Source: Chiloscyllium plagiosum (Eukaryota). Taken from it: a DNA stretch of 41,021 bases. The translations under genes and the position numbers were made by a program. The notes below the pieces were generated by a model. It had not been told where the DNA came from and made no database searches. It saw only the letters and a list, made by a program, of their open reading frames with translations. The stretch is taken from positions 26,385,361-26,426,381 of the forward strand of contig NC_057720.1 in NCBI RefSeq assembly GCF_004010195.1, in the 5' to 3' direction. Positions 21,479 to 34,672 of this stretch are shown piece after piece (within the stretch, counting starts at the first letter, position 1; each line of letters opens with the position of its first letter).

Positions 21479-24200
21479 CAGGCACTGCAGGAGTCAGTGC
21501 GGTCAGGCACTGCAGGAGTCAGTGCGGTCAGGCACTGTAGGAGTCAGTGCGGTCAGGTACTGCAGGAACCAGTGCGGTCAGACACTGCAGGAGTCAGTGC
21601 GGTCAGACACTGCAGGATTCAGTATGGTCAGGCACTGCAAGCGTCAGTGTGGTCAAACACTGCAGGAGGCAGTGCGGTCAGGCACTGCAGGATTCAGTGT
21701 GGTCAGACACTGTAGGATTCAGTGTGGTCAGGCACTGCAGGAGCCAGTATGGTCAGACAATGCAGGAGCTAGTGTGGTCAGGCACTGCAGGAGCCAGTAT
21801 GGTCAGACAATGCAGGAGCTAGTGTGGTCAGGCACTGCAGGAGCCAGTATGGTCAGACAATGCAGGAGCTAGTGTGGTCAGGCACTGCAGGAGCCAGTGT
21901 GGTCAGGCACTGCAGGAGACAGTGTAGTCAGAAAGTGCAAGAGTCAGAGCAGTAGGACACTGCAGGGGCCAGTGTGGTCAGGTACTGCAAGAGTCAGTGC
22001 GGTCAGACACTGCCGGAGCCAGTGTGGTCAGGCACTGCAGGAGCCAGTGTGGTCAGGCACTGCAGGTGTCAGTTTGGTCAGGCAATGCAGGTGTCAGTGC
22101 GGTCAGGCACTGCAGGAGTCAGTGTGGTCAGGCACTGCAGGAGCCAGTGTGGTCAGGCACTGCAGGAGTCAGTGCGGTCAGACGCTGCGAGGGTCAGTGC
22201 AGTCAGACACTGAAAGGGCCAGTGTGGTCAGGCACTGCAAGAGTCAGTGTGGTCAGGCACTGCAAGAGCTGGTGCAGTCAGACAATGCAGGAGTCAGTGC
22301 AGTCAGGCACTGCAGGAGTCAGCATTGTCAGACACTTTAGGAGCCAGTATGGTCAGACTAGACACGAGCCAGTGCGGTCAGACACTACAGGAGCTAATGT
22401 GGTCAGTCGCTGCAGGAGTCAGACACTGCAGAAGCCAGTGAAGACAGACATTACAGGGGCCACTGAGGGAAGACACTGCAGGAGCCGATGCAGTCAGACT
22501 TTGACGGAGTCAGTGCACTCAGACACTGCAGGAGCCAGTGTGGTCAGACAATGCAGGAGCTAGTGTGGTCAGGCACTGCAGGAGCCAGTGCAGTTAGGCA
22601 CTGCAAGAGCTGGTGCAGTCAGACAATGCAGGAGCCAGTGCAGTTAGGCACTGCAGGAGTCAGCATTGTCAGACACTTTAGGAGCCAGTATGGTCAGATG
22701 AGACACGAGCCAGTGCGGTCAGACACTACAGGAGCTAATGTGGTCAGTCGCTGCAGGAGTCAGTGCGGTCAGACACTGCAGGAGCTAGTGTGGTCAGGCA
22801 CTGCAGGAGCCAGTGTGGTCAAACAATGCAGGAGTTAGTGTGGTCAGGCACTGCAGGAGCCAGTGCGGTCAGACAATGCAGGAGTCAGTGCAGTGAGGCA
22901 CTGCAGGAGTCAGTGTAGTCAGAAAATGCAAGAGTCAGAGCAGTTAGACACTGCAGGGGCCAGTGTGGTCAGGCACTGCAAGCGTCAGTGCGGTCAGACA
23001 CTGCAGGAGCTAGTGTGGTCAGGCACTGCGAGGGTCAGTGCAGTCAGACACTGCAGGAGCCAGTGTGGTCAGACACTGCAGGATTCAGTGTGGTCAGACA
23101 CTGCAGGATTCAGTATGGTCAGGCACTGCAAGCGTCAGTGCGGTCAGACACTGCAGGAAGCAGTGCGGTCAGGCACTGCCGGAGGCAATGTGGTCAGGCA
23201 CTGCAAGAGTCAGTGCAGTCAGTCACTGCAGGAGCCAGTGCGGTCAGACACTGCAGGGTTCAGTGTGGTCAGACACTGCTGGAGTCAGTGCAGTCAGGCA
23301 CTGCAGGAGTCAGTGTAGTCAGAAAATGCAGGAGGCAGTGTGGTCAGACACTGCAGGATTCAGTGCAGTCAGGCACTGCAGGAGTCAGTGTAGTCAGAAA
23401 ATGCAGGAGGCAGTGTGGTCAGACACTGCAGGATTCAGTGCAGTCAGGCACTGCAGGAGTCATTGTAGTCAGAAAATGCAGGAGCCAGTGTGGTCAGACA
23501 TTGCAGGATTCAGTGTGGTCAGACACTGCAGGATTCAGAGCAGTCAGGCATTGCAGGAGCCAGTGCGGTCAGACACTGCAGGAGCCAGTGTGGTCAGACA
23601 TTGCAGGAGCCAGTACGGTCAGATGAGGCATGAGCCAGTGCGGTCAGACACTGCAGGAGACAGTGTAGTCTGACACTGCAGGAGCTAATGTGGTCAGTCG
23701 CTGCAGGAGTCAGTGCGGTCAGACACTGCAGGAGCCAGTGAAGACAGACACTATAGGGGCTAGTGAGGGAAGACACTGCAGGAGCCGATGCAGTCAGACT
23801 TTGGCGGAATCAGTACACTCAGATACTGCAGGAGCCAGTGCAGACAGACACTGCAGGAGCCAGTGCAGTCAGACACTGCTGGAGCCAGTGAGGGAAGACA
23901 TTGCAGGAGCCGATGCAGTCAGACATTGGCAGAGTCAGAGTGGTCAGACACTGCAGGAGCCAGTGCAGTCAGGCAGTGCAGGAGCCGGTGCGGTCAGACA
24001 CTGCAGGAGACAGTATGGTCAGGCACTGCAGGAGCTAATGTGGTCAGTCGCTGCAGGAGTCATTGCGGTCAGACACTGCAGGAACCAGTGCAGTCATGCA
24101 TTACAGAAGCCAGTATGGGCATACTCGGCAGGAGCCAGTGAGGGAAGACACTGCAGGAGTCAGTGCAGTCAGACACTGCAGACGTCAGTGGAGACAGACA
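21476..24200. repeat. 25-bp minisatellite, about 109 units, consensus about GGTCAG(G/A)CACTGCAGGAG(T/C)CAGTG(C/T)
   Basis: Continuous 25-bp period with no unique spacers. Contains 50-bp and 75-bp higher-order blocks. Confidence 0.97.
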
Positions 24201-24416
24201 GATAGGATAGCAAGATCAATGATATTCTGCTCAAATCTTGTTGCTCAATACTATAGTTCAGGTGGATTGGTTTCCAAATCCTGGTGAATTGAGAGAGTAG
24301 GGACTTGAAAATAGTACTAATTCACAATTATTTTTGAAATCTGGGGGAGAGGAAGAAAACCTACATTGACTAGCATTTCAAATGCAACCTCCACTTTCAC
24401 ATGATTTCTCACATGA

Positions 24417-25200
24417 TGCAGTTCGGTACCCATGGGGATGGCCTCAACTGGGACCTTGGGTTCATGTCATATTACAGGTGACTCCGCTGCGCTACACACT
24501 TTCACACACACACACACCTACAGCCCCAGACACTCACGCAGACCCTCTCTCATACACAAGCTCTCTCTCTTACGCTCACACATACACACCCACAAGTGCA
24601 CCCTCTCACACACTTATACCACTTTACACTCACACACGCATACTATACTCTCTCACAGACACTAATACCACCGCACCCCCCATACACACATCCATGTGTA
24701 CACACACATGTATAAGTTTATGGGGTGAGTTTGTACTTGCAGAATTATGTTTTATTTTGCTCAAAAACTGCTTAAATCCATGTAAGATTCTGTAAATTTC
24801 TTTTTTAGATTTAAATCAGTCTGAACTTTGGGGCACAGACAGCCTCACACAGGGCACCTCACACCTTCAATACATTATCTGGGCCGACATGACACCTATT
24901 ATTAAAGTTCACTTGAGAATATAACTTTTAAAAAAAGGTCTGGGATTTACATATGAAAGAACTGAAACCGATATGGTCATTCTAAAAGATGAGAGACTTA
25001 ACAAACAATCCAGGTCTTTTTCAATATATAATTTCAGTTACATCACACCGCTATAAATTCTGAGTCTTACAATTTTATATTCCACAACCACCTGATGAAG
25101 AAGCAGCGCTCCAAAAGCTAGTGCTTCCAATTAAACCTGTTGGTCCATAACCTGGTGTTGTGTGATTTTTAACTTTGTACACCCCAGTTCAACACTGGGG
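24417..25200 (+). mobile_element. Family B PLE 3' end: endonuclease C-terminus, CA-rich tract, terminal repeat with degenerate hammerhead
   Basis: Translates QFGTHGDGLNWDLGFMSYYR*, like the GLN motif ending PLE GIY-YIG domains. cac-CTGATGA-agaagcagcgctcc-AAAA-gcta-gtg at about 25089-25123. Confidence 0.8.
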
Positions 25201-26351
25201 TGTATTAAGTTAAAAATAATAATCTCTTCAGTCTCTAAGAGTAATGAAAGAGACAGAAAAAATGTTTATTGGTGAGGTCAGCTGTCTGGTAGTCTAATGG
25301 TTATTTTTATTAATTACACTTGTTTTGAAAAAAATAGTCCATTTATTGCTTTGCCATTGAATAATTTTTGCCCAGCAAGTTGTTTGTGGTTTCTTCAGTT
25401 TTATTTTGCAATTCATTCTTAACATTGTGCCAAATCAAGGTTCAGACAAATATTACTGAGTTTCTAGCTGATCGAGATGAGACGCTAATGGAAATTGGAG
25501 AACTGGAAGAGGGATTACTTTGACTCCATTGGAAACAAAATATGTTAGATTTGGTTGGCACATCTGGTAGCAGCAGTACAGAGAGAAACAGAGGTCAGTG
25601 ACCCTCCTTTGTTCTGATTTTACTTCAGTGACCCTTTGTCAAAATTGGGTGTGTATCATTAACCTGGAGCATTTACTGTTTCTCACTCCACAGATGCTGC
25701 CTGGAGCGCTGAGTATTTCCAGTATTTTCAGATTATATTTCATACTTCCTGCATATTTTGCTCTCCTATTACATACTGTGGTCAGTTCAAATTTAAAATG
25801 AAAACATGTTTATTTTTTCTGATAATGAAGCCCATTTGTGGCAATAGAAATAATGCATTATAATAGGTGATATATTCTAAAATTATGTTGCAAACAGAGG
25901 TAATTGCAATACACCAGGGTTATTCCATGGAAGTACATGATGGAAATAGCACTCTGCACACCTGATTGTAATTTTAATCACATATTTATCAATCTTACAG
26001 GTTCCTTGGTTACATATATTTCCTGAGCATCACAAGGTTACAGGATAATTCAATGATGACAGAGTTTCACTCTTCCTGGACACATTTCCAGTTAGATGCA
26101 TTGTAAAACTAAATAGTCGTGAGCTGTCAGTTTTCCTCAATGCTGAATCCCTTTGTCCTCACCCCACTTAGCCAGGACAATTATCTCATCTCCAAGTTAA
26201 ATAATCCTTTTGACTCTACAGTATCACCAAGATCCTTCTTCCCACTGATTTGCAGAGAGGTTTTACTCCAGCCATTCACTCGATTACAATGGTTCCTTGT
26301 ATTTGCAGGTATTCCAATCATGATGTCCATTTGTTTGTGTGAGGGTGATTA

Positions 26352-26485
26352 TCATAGAATCATAGAATTCCTACAGTGTGGAAACAAGCCATTGGGCCCA
26401 ACGTGTCCACACCGACCCTCCGAAGAGAAACTCACCCAGACCCATTCCCCTACCCTTTTACTCAACATTTACCCTTGACTAATGC
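26352..26485 (-). mobile_element. 3' fragment of HE1 SINE/CR1
   Basis: tcatagaatcatagaattcctacagtgtggaaacaagcc...cacaccgaccctccgaagag matches the HE1 tails elsewhere in the window. Confidence 0.75.
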
Positions 26486-28100
26486 CGTTATTTTGCTCTA
26501 TACTCTGTCTACTGTGGCTAGTTTGGCTCCAGTCTTAATTATTTAATTGCAATATACCGGTACATGTTCCAGTTCTCTCTTCTCACTGTCAGTGTCTTCA
26601 GTTATGTGACAGATATTTATTTGACTGTTCATTTCTATATCTACTCTTCCTGCTCCAACAATGGGTGAAGCTACTTTACTGGAAGGTTTTGCCATTTCTA
26701 AACAGACCAAAAATCAGGAGTCATTTGTCAATTGAATAGGTGTGTGTTGGTTCAAATGTTCTAATTTCTGTAAGGGATTGTTGTTTGAGGTGATTTGAGG
26801 TTCTCCTTTTGTCTGTTGTTGTCTGGATACCGCATTGTAGCTGGGTTCAAAGAAGCAGAGATGGCTAAATAACATGAATGACTAATTTATGTGTTTTTAT
26901 CTGATTAAATCATTGCTGTAGTAAATTGAAAAGTGGGCTTTTGAGGGGCTTGATAATATGTAATAATATCAAGTATATAGGACAAAATCCAAGAGATTTT
27001 GCTGAATATTTATAATATAGTTCAAACTCACTGTGACTATGATTCCCAATTCTGAATACTTAAAGGTTAGGGCGGGGTTTAGAGTGCATTGGGGAAGAGA
27101 GAGATGACTTAAATTTATATATATGACAACAAAGGGTTAAGCTCTTGTCACCCAGTTGGCACCCTTTGCTTTGCCACAATCATGAAAATGCCTTCTCTGG
27201 GTTTCCAAAGGGCATGCCTAAATCAGGTGGAACCTTAGGAATCAATGCAATTCAGAAACTGAAACATTCATATGATTCCAATGCTATTTTAACTGCATGC
27301 TGGACAGTATGGGCACTGGAATGTGACTAAAAACTGACAGTGCACAAGTGGCAGAAAATGAGAAGTGCTGAATTCCTTTTTGTCAGACCAGAAAGACTTG
27401 AGTTCATACTTGGATCACATAATTTGCTATTTCCCTTTCTCTCCTTCCCTGTAATCACATTTCCTGGCTCCAGAAATGCCTTTCTGGAGATTGGGTCATA
27501 CTCTGGGCCATAAGGCATTGCATCAACCTCGACATAGAAAACAATATCAAGTCCCCCAAAGGAAACTGAGTGCCACTCACTGTGACCAGCTCAACATTTA
27601 GCTCTTAGCATCATGGATGACAGAAGAGGCCCTTCAGCCCATTGAGTCTGCACCGACTTCTTTAATGCCACTTTCTAGCACTTGGACCATAGCTTTGAAT
27701 GTTTTATTTCAAGTGCTCCTCCATGTACTTTTTAAAGGTTGTGAGGCTTCCCTTTCCTGTCCTATCCTCCCAGGCAAACTTTCCAGCTTACATTCCACCA
27801 ACTGGCATGGTCGCATTTGACTCCAAGTCCCAGAGCAGTATCCGAGATGCCTGGATTACTAATCCAGTGATACGATCACCACAAGATCACCTCCCTCTTA
27901 GTGCCTTTGCAGTCTAAACTAAGACATCCATCCCTCTCGAACAGTAAAGCTTACAGTTAAGTATTGGCATAGATCTATATTCCATAGATCTATATTTCCA
28001 GTTATCATAGGGTCTGCAATTCATTCTGTACAGTTGTAAAATATAGTACATTATGCGAAGCAATTACAAGAGCATAGAGTCAAATGCAAGCAATACTCAC

Positions 28101-28139
28101 GAATGCTTGGAAAGTTTTTAGCTTTTAGGCTTGTTTTGC
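28101..28139 (-). other. Candidate 39-nt symmetric internal microexon of an unidentified host gene
   Basis: Minus strand: ttttgtttattag|GCAAAACAAGCCTAAAAGCTAAAAACTTTCCAAGCATTC|gtgagt. Only phase 1 is open (xKTSLKAKNFPSIx). Confidence 0.4.
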
Positions 28140-31100
28140 CTAATAAACAAAATTTTCAGAATAATTGCGCTGAATATTTTCAAATCCAACTTATGTTCTA
28201 CGTAGAACACCAATCTGATCCGCACCAAGTGGAACTGGAACCATTCATTGCACAGTGGTGTGGTTCCCTTGATTTCTTATTTTGTACAGTGCAGAAGGGA
28301 AAAAAAAAGCATGAACCTGCATTTTAATCCAGCTTCCTCATCCGAAAGAGTGGCTGATTCTAAATGCATAAACCAGGTGCAGTGTTAATGCACAGCTTAC
28401 TGGGAATGGCATTCAGCTGCTTTACAGCAGCAAGAACATTTCTTTAAGAGTTCTAATCATAAATCTTTACTGTCACTACCGTAGTGGGGTTTTAGGTCAT
28501 CCTCAGCAGGCCTCAGGAGCTCCAAGCAGCCATGGTGCAAACAATGCCAGCTGAAAAACCAGCCCTGAATCTTAATTCGTCATGTCAGCATTATGTCAAC
28601 AAAATTATGGGATGCTTTGTTATTCACCACAAAAAAATTGTTCCTCAAAGTTTTAAATCATGTTAAATGGAAGCCTAATTCATCATATTATTATGCAAAA
28701 TTTAAGAACAAAAGATAATTAACAAGTGAGACCCATTGATAACAATTATGCAACCCTCAGAAATCTGAACTGGCATGAATATGCAGAGATTATAATTATG
28801 ATATAATTAGGAACCTTCTGTTTGGAAGAGGACACATTCTAAACCTCATAATAGGATTGTACTGAAATATACTCCAATCGAAAAAGATTATTGAACAAAT
28901 TAACCATACATGTTGTTGAATTAGTAATCATTATGATTGGCAATCTTTAAGTCTTTTGGCCTCCTTACTGTCTCCTGGCTATATTGATGTACAGCATTTT
29001 GTATGTTTCAAAACTTTCCTTCCAAAGATTTTCTGCCACTTATAATTCAATGCTGGTTTTATCAGGTGTACAATATCACCAATCACACTGAAGGTAACTC
29101 AGATAACAGATATTTTTCTGTCTGTCTTGAAATCTCATCAGCATTTTCCAATAATACTTTTCTAGACTTTCAGCCAGGCTGTTGTTCATATTATTCATTC
29201 TAATTCATAAACAGGTTTTGTAAGCTTCTTCTCACCTTACTCCAATGCATAATTTACAAAGTAATGAAGTATTTTAGCTCCCGGTAGATATAAATTGTGC
29301 TATGTGTCCAATCTTCTCTATCTACAAGACTGATTATAAACACTGCTCATAATTATTTGTCATTCATTATGCCCTACTGATAGTCTTTTGCCCAGGACTC
29401 TTTTATTCCACATTACATGGAATTTACAAGAGAGAGAATAGTTGTTGGTCCAACTGATCCATGTTGATGTTTATGTATTAGAGGCCTTCTGGCCTATTTC
29501 ATTTAACTGCGTGAACCATTCTCAGATTTCTTTCGTCCTCAAGAATTTAGTTGCTGCCCCATAAATACACCATATAATGTGTGTCAACTACTCATCCTGA
29601 TTGATTGACAAGAAAATTCTAATTGGTAGTAGTGTTGGCATGATGAGTACTTTGTTGATGACGATTGACAGTTAACTGACAGCCTTCATTTGGATGTCAA
29701 ACGAGGCAGCTTGACTCTGCTTGATGGACACTGCCATGAGAGCTAAGTCAGCGAATGGTATCAGCTAGTTTGTTAATTTAGAACATAGTTTTCACATATG
29801 TTCTTTTTGTTTGCACAGAACAGGGCACCATGTATTTATATAGGTACTTCCATTACACGTAAGTATGGCACACTGCAAGCCCAACTAATTATCCCAAGTT
29901 GGTTTTCAGTGTGATGCTTCATACCCTCAGGATAATCCAGCAAATTTTGTCCACATTCTTACCAATCACACAGTGTCCTTCCTCCTTCAGTATTATGTCC
30001 TGTTCTCTTCTCCCTCCATAATTTTCAAATGGCGATGTCTATTTGGTGCAACTGTGCCATTAAATGAATAGTCCTTCACTTACTGTCATTTTTCTCTTTC
30101 ACTGTTGTCTTGCCATAAAATGAGCAATCCTCACAATATTAATATCCATTTCTTAGATGCATAAATCATGTTAATACAACTTTGTGGCTATTGCTCCCTT
30201 CCAAGTTAACTTAAGGCTTAACACCCAATAAAATGGACAGTGCCAGAATGAATTTCAGACTGGGATATTTTAAAGTGGTAGAGAAATGGAACAGGAGGAC
30301 TACTGATTCTGTTTTATTCACTAATTTGGAAATAACAAGAGAAAGTAGTTAGATGTCGTTCTCTAAACAAGTAGTGAAATTGGCCTGGGCAACGCAGCTT
30401 GAAAGGCAAGCGCTGGAAATGACATGGAAGGCTGTAAGCTTAAAATGACACTACCATGCTCAACAGTTGTGAACAGTTTTCCTCATGAACCATCAACTTG
30501 ACCACTATGTGTGGGGATGGACTGCACAGAAATCTTTATCCTGAGCTGAAGCCATTAGTTCCTAATGGAAGGGGCAAGTTCAGCGAGTGAAAATCACAAG
30601 TGGGATTAGCGTATGTTCTAAAGCTAATGATTCCCATTTGCTTTTAAATTGACTGTTGGCCATTCTTTGGAATGGAGGATGAAAAGTACCTTTCTGTATT
30701 CATATTCTTAACCTGATGTATTCAATGGTCTTAATAAAAATTACATTCTCATTCCTTAAAAGACAAGAAACAAATTGATTGTATTATGTTATACATGATG
30801 TTTAATGGCTGCCACTGACCATAAAAAGCAGAGGTAAAGATCACATGACTAAGGCAAACTAGCTTTTACATTAAATACAAATAGCTTTTGGGACCACAAA
30901 ACTTGAAAAAGACACTTTATCAAATATTTTCATCTTGCACTCAAAGAATAATTAGAATAATTCACACAAATACCAACAAATGGGAAAACCTTATTTATTC
31001 TGTGAGTGAAGAGAATATTAATTGGTTAGCAAGTGAACACTGATTGCAGAGGCTTTGCCATGTTGAATGCAGCAGTTATTGATGACTGACAGTTAACTGG

Positions 31101-31149
31101 CACCTTTTGTTTAAATTTCAAGCCAGACAGATTGATTTTGCTTGGTAAG

Positions 31150-31640
31150 ACCATGAGAATACAAGAGGTAGAAGCAGAGTAGGTCATTTGGTCAATTGAG
31201 TCTACTATACAATTCAATGAGATCTTGGTTATTTGTGGCCTAGCTCCATGTAGCTGCCTTTGGCCCATATCCCATAAGACAGTTGCTTAATCAAAATTTA
31301 TCAATCACAGATGTAAAATTCACTTGTATTCTATGCCTCTGTTAATGAAGTCTTGAATACTGTATGTTTTATTAACATCCTTCTGCACTTGTGGTGCCAC
31401 ATTTAGTGACTTATGCAAAAACACAGATATCCAGGTCTCACTGCTTCAACACACTTTTGAGAAGAGGCCCCTTTAAATATATTCACTCTCCATGGTTTAC
31501 GCCACAGTGTCATTCACACTTCTCCACATTGAACCTCATTTGGCACCCACTGGATCAACGTACCAATGCCCTTTTGAAATTCTGCACTGTTCTCCTCACA
31601 GTTTAGAATTCTCCCAAATTGTGTGTTATCCATAACCAAA
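31150..31640 (-). mobile_element. Decayed CR1 fragments
   Basis: DNTQFGRILNCEENSAEFQKGIGTL resembles the CR1 DDTKLG motif. CR1-like 3' end near 31155. Confidence 0.65.
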
Positions 31641-31789
31641 AGCATAGCATGTGCAACTGTTGGAATCACAGCATATATACTGAGCAGATAAGGTAGGATT
31701 GCCATGAAGAGTATAGAGAATCTATTTCTTAGCTGGAACATGGCAGAAAGGGAATTAATTTGACTATTCTATTTCAAACATAAAATTGA

Positions 31790-32300
31790 GTGCAAATCGA
31801 GATCATTAAAGCATGTTTAGAAACAATTATAGCTGTGGATTCAAATATAACAAATGGATCATTTGCAAAATGGAAATTTACAAGGAATAGGAGATTAAGT
31901 GTCATTCTACTGAAGACATGTTTCTTACGAAATCCAACCAGGATGTCTACAAGGGCTGGGTCTAATGAGAATCCCACAGTGACACTCTCAATTTGAACAA
32001 ACATGGTTTTGCTAAAACTGAATTCAACTGTGCAAGTAGCTGAGTTAATAAGTTCAGTGAATACTGATTTATACAATGGTAACATGTCTAGATCTTCATC
32101 ATACAAGGCTGCAATGCAGATGTCTTTAGCTTTTTTAAGTGGACTATTGGTGAATAACCGAGCAATGTCAAATGAGCACATGGACACTGCATTGCCCCTG
32201 TAAGATATTGTTTGGAATATGAAGGAATCCTTTACCATGTAAATAAAAAAAATTACTCAAACTACAGCAGTTCACCCAACCATTTAGCCAATTCATACAT
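31790..32300 (-). mobile_element. PLE reverse transcriptase fragment from a different, older family
   Basis: SMCSFDIARLFTNSPL and FSFSKTMFVQIESVTVGFSLDPALVDILVG match PLE RT motifs (SFDVxSLFTNVP; QxxGVAMGSPLGPxLANIFVG). Confidence 0.82.
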
Positions 32301-33224
32301 CCAAACTACTGCAGATTGTGGAAATCTGAAATAAAAAATGAAAATACTAGAGGAACTCAGCAGATCTGGCAGCAAATGTAGAAAGAGAAACGGAGTTAAC
32401 TGTTGGTCTAACATGCCGCTTCTTCAGAACAGTGATAGGTGAGATAGGTTTAAAGGAATAATACTTTTGCATATCTCAAGTGGTTCACACATGTGTGGTC
32501 ACAGTGAGCCATGAGGACAAACCCTATCCTGTGTTGGTATGTCATTGCTCTTACACAATTCTTACACAAGTCTAGCAAATGCTTTTTTAGCTTTTGTCTG
32601 AGTGAGGCCATCCAGTCATATTGAGTGGCAGTACCAATGGATACAAGTTTGGACCTGGCATTATGACCAGCATGCATTTCATTTAAATAATCACTTTTCA
32701 TAAGGACAGCTATTCAAGTCCCTCTGTTAGATTTACTGACATCTAGGTCCAGATTTGATCTGATGACTCACAACACTACCAGACATTCATGTTGCAAGTG
32801 AAAATAGAACAAACCATTCAGAGTTCTGCAATATACGTGCTCTAGATCGGCTTCAGGGGAGACTGGCTTTGTGATGGGACAGCTTTGAGTAGGGAAGCTT
32901 GAACTCAGCAAATGCTTCTTTCAGTTTGATGTGGAAAAAAGACACACGAAATGTAGAGCCACTTGTAAGGACAAACTATCAGACAGTATGTGGTCAGACA
33001 GCTTTACTCCCAATTTTGTGGCATTGTTAATTGCAATGCTAAACTGCCTCTGATTAAGTGAGTCTATGGTTCAGACATGTTTTAACTAGGTATGTTATGG
33101 TGAGGTCATCTGTTGACATAATGTCATGAACAGATCAAATTAAGAAATGAAATTTGCACAGTTCAGACCGAGTCACGTGTAGTGCATTCATAAATTAGGA
33201 ATTCAATTACCTTACGCAGCAGCA

Positions 33225-33480
33225 ACAGGTGTGATGTTTACTATTAACAGATTCTGCTATCAAGTTAAAAAGATGTCCTGCCTATCATCCAAATGAGAAA
33301 TATGATAAATGAATTTCAGTTCTGTTGTGATGCCAGGAATGTAGACCAGACATCCCAAAGATTGTATCAAACAGAAAACCTTTCAGCTGTTCACCACAAA
33401 CAAACTACTGATCTTACACAATAAGCCTGCATTTGCAACATAGTATCCAACTTATATGATTCTGAAATTGGACATTTACC
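33225..33480 (+). mobile_element. Decayed PLE GIY-YIG endonuclease fragment
   Basis: Reads RNMINEFQFCCDARNVDQTSQRL, resembling NVVYEFxCxCxARYVGRTSQRL. Confidence 0.55.
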
Positions 33481-33629
33481 AGATAATCCTATGGGAATAC
33501 AGTGGCAAACTACATTAGGATTGTCTGTCAGACTCCTCCATCTGACTGGCAATGGTGTAGAGACGAACATAGTACCAAACTCCCCACTCCTTTAAGAAGC
33601 CCCTGAATCCTTCACTGTTGAATTGTCTT

Positions 33630-34672
33630 AATATCTGAAGTGTGCTTTCAGGCATTCTACATTTTCACCGGCAGTGACTGATGTCAGCTGGTCTAACTTC
33701 CAAGAGTCAGAATAGTAATCAATGGTGACAAGATAATCACTTCCTGCAAGGGTGAAGAGGTTTACTTCAAGATTCATCTGTGGTCTGCCTGGGATGTCAT
33801 GCTTCATAAGTGGCTCTTTAGCTTACTTAGCTTGGTATTCATTCCATGCATTGCGCTGGCTGATGTGGTCCTTCATCTTATTGCACATGTTCGGCCAGTC
33901 AAACAACCACATGCCTTCAACAGACAAGACTCAATTCCTTGATCACTTCTATAGATATGTATCAACATCTCTTCCTTCATTTTCTCCAGGATACACCTCT
34001 ATTTCCTTTGTGCAAAATGTTATCTTGGGCTATCAAGTCATCTATGTATGCACAATACCCTTATAGCAACAGATGTGTCCTGACTATTTTTAGGACATTG
34101 TTTTATCATTACTTCCTGTAATAGTTTGAGAGATGCATCTGATTGCAATTTACTTGCTTTAAGTTTCAGATTTAATGTCTCTGCTGGACTGATAATTTTC
34201 AAAGCATGTTGAGATGTTGATTCCCATTGAATCTGGAAGGATTTAAATTTTGCCTTAACATTCTCAACTTTCTTCATAGGGAGTGCTGCTCTCAACAGCA
34301 TGATCAAGAGTCTATATCTGTTTGCCTTGCTAGTCTGTCCCATCCAGATAATCTCTATAAATGAAGCAGCATTCTTTGCAGACACTTCAGGGGAGATGCA
34401 CACGGTTTGAGGAAGACACTTGGAAGTGGCTTGTGATCAAACTCTGTTGTCACTTCCTCTCCCAATCAGGGTACTGAAAAAAATGTGGATACGCAAAGAC
34501 AATAGACTGCCTCTCAATGTTGAGTGTAGCCTCAGTCATTTGGTATTAACATGATGGATGCAAATTCAAACACTTGTCCTAGCTGCATAAAAGTTGTTCC
34601 AAGTCCTGAATCACTGGCATCACACTGCAGGGTGACTTCATCATTGACATTTCAGCACTGGCATTTCAGTCA
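33630..34672 (-). mobile_element. Ty3/Gypsy pol remnant in conventional order: RNase H, then integrase
   Basis: Own translation: EVTLQCDASDSGLGTTFMQ and VTTEFDHKPLPSVFLKP..CLQRMLLHL (RNase H); WPNMCNKMKDHISQ..KEPLMKHDIPGRP..LFTLAGSDYLVTIDYYSD..CLKAHF (integrase zinc-binding and core). Confidence 0.82.

Noticed and set aside
21476..24200. CRISPR array, or Cys-rich repeat protein (VRHCRSQCGQ ORFs)
   Set aside because: Units are contiguous with no unique spacers and there are no cas genes. The 25-bp period is not a multiple of 3, so the same peptides appear in all three frames with scattered stops.
21476..24200. V(D)J recombination signal array (CAGTG motifs)
   Set aside because: No CACAGTG heptamer paired with an ACAAAAACC nonamer at 12/23 spacing.
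24432..24710. His/Thr-rich ORFs
   Set aside because: Translation of the CA-rich low-complexity tract in the PLE 3' UTR.
27968..27999. Short tandem duplication catagatctatatt(t)c
   Set aside because: Two copies only; ordinary slippage with no further structure.
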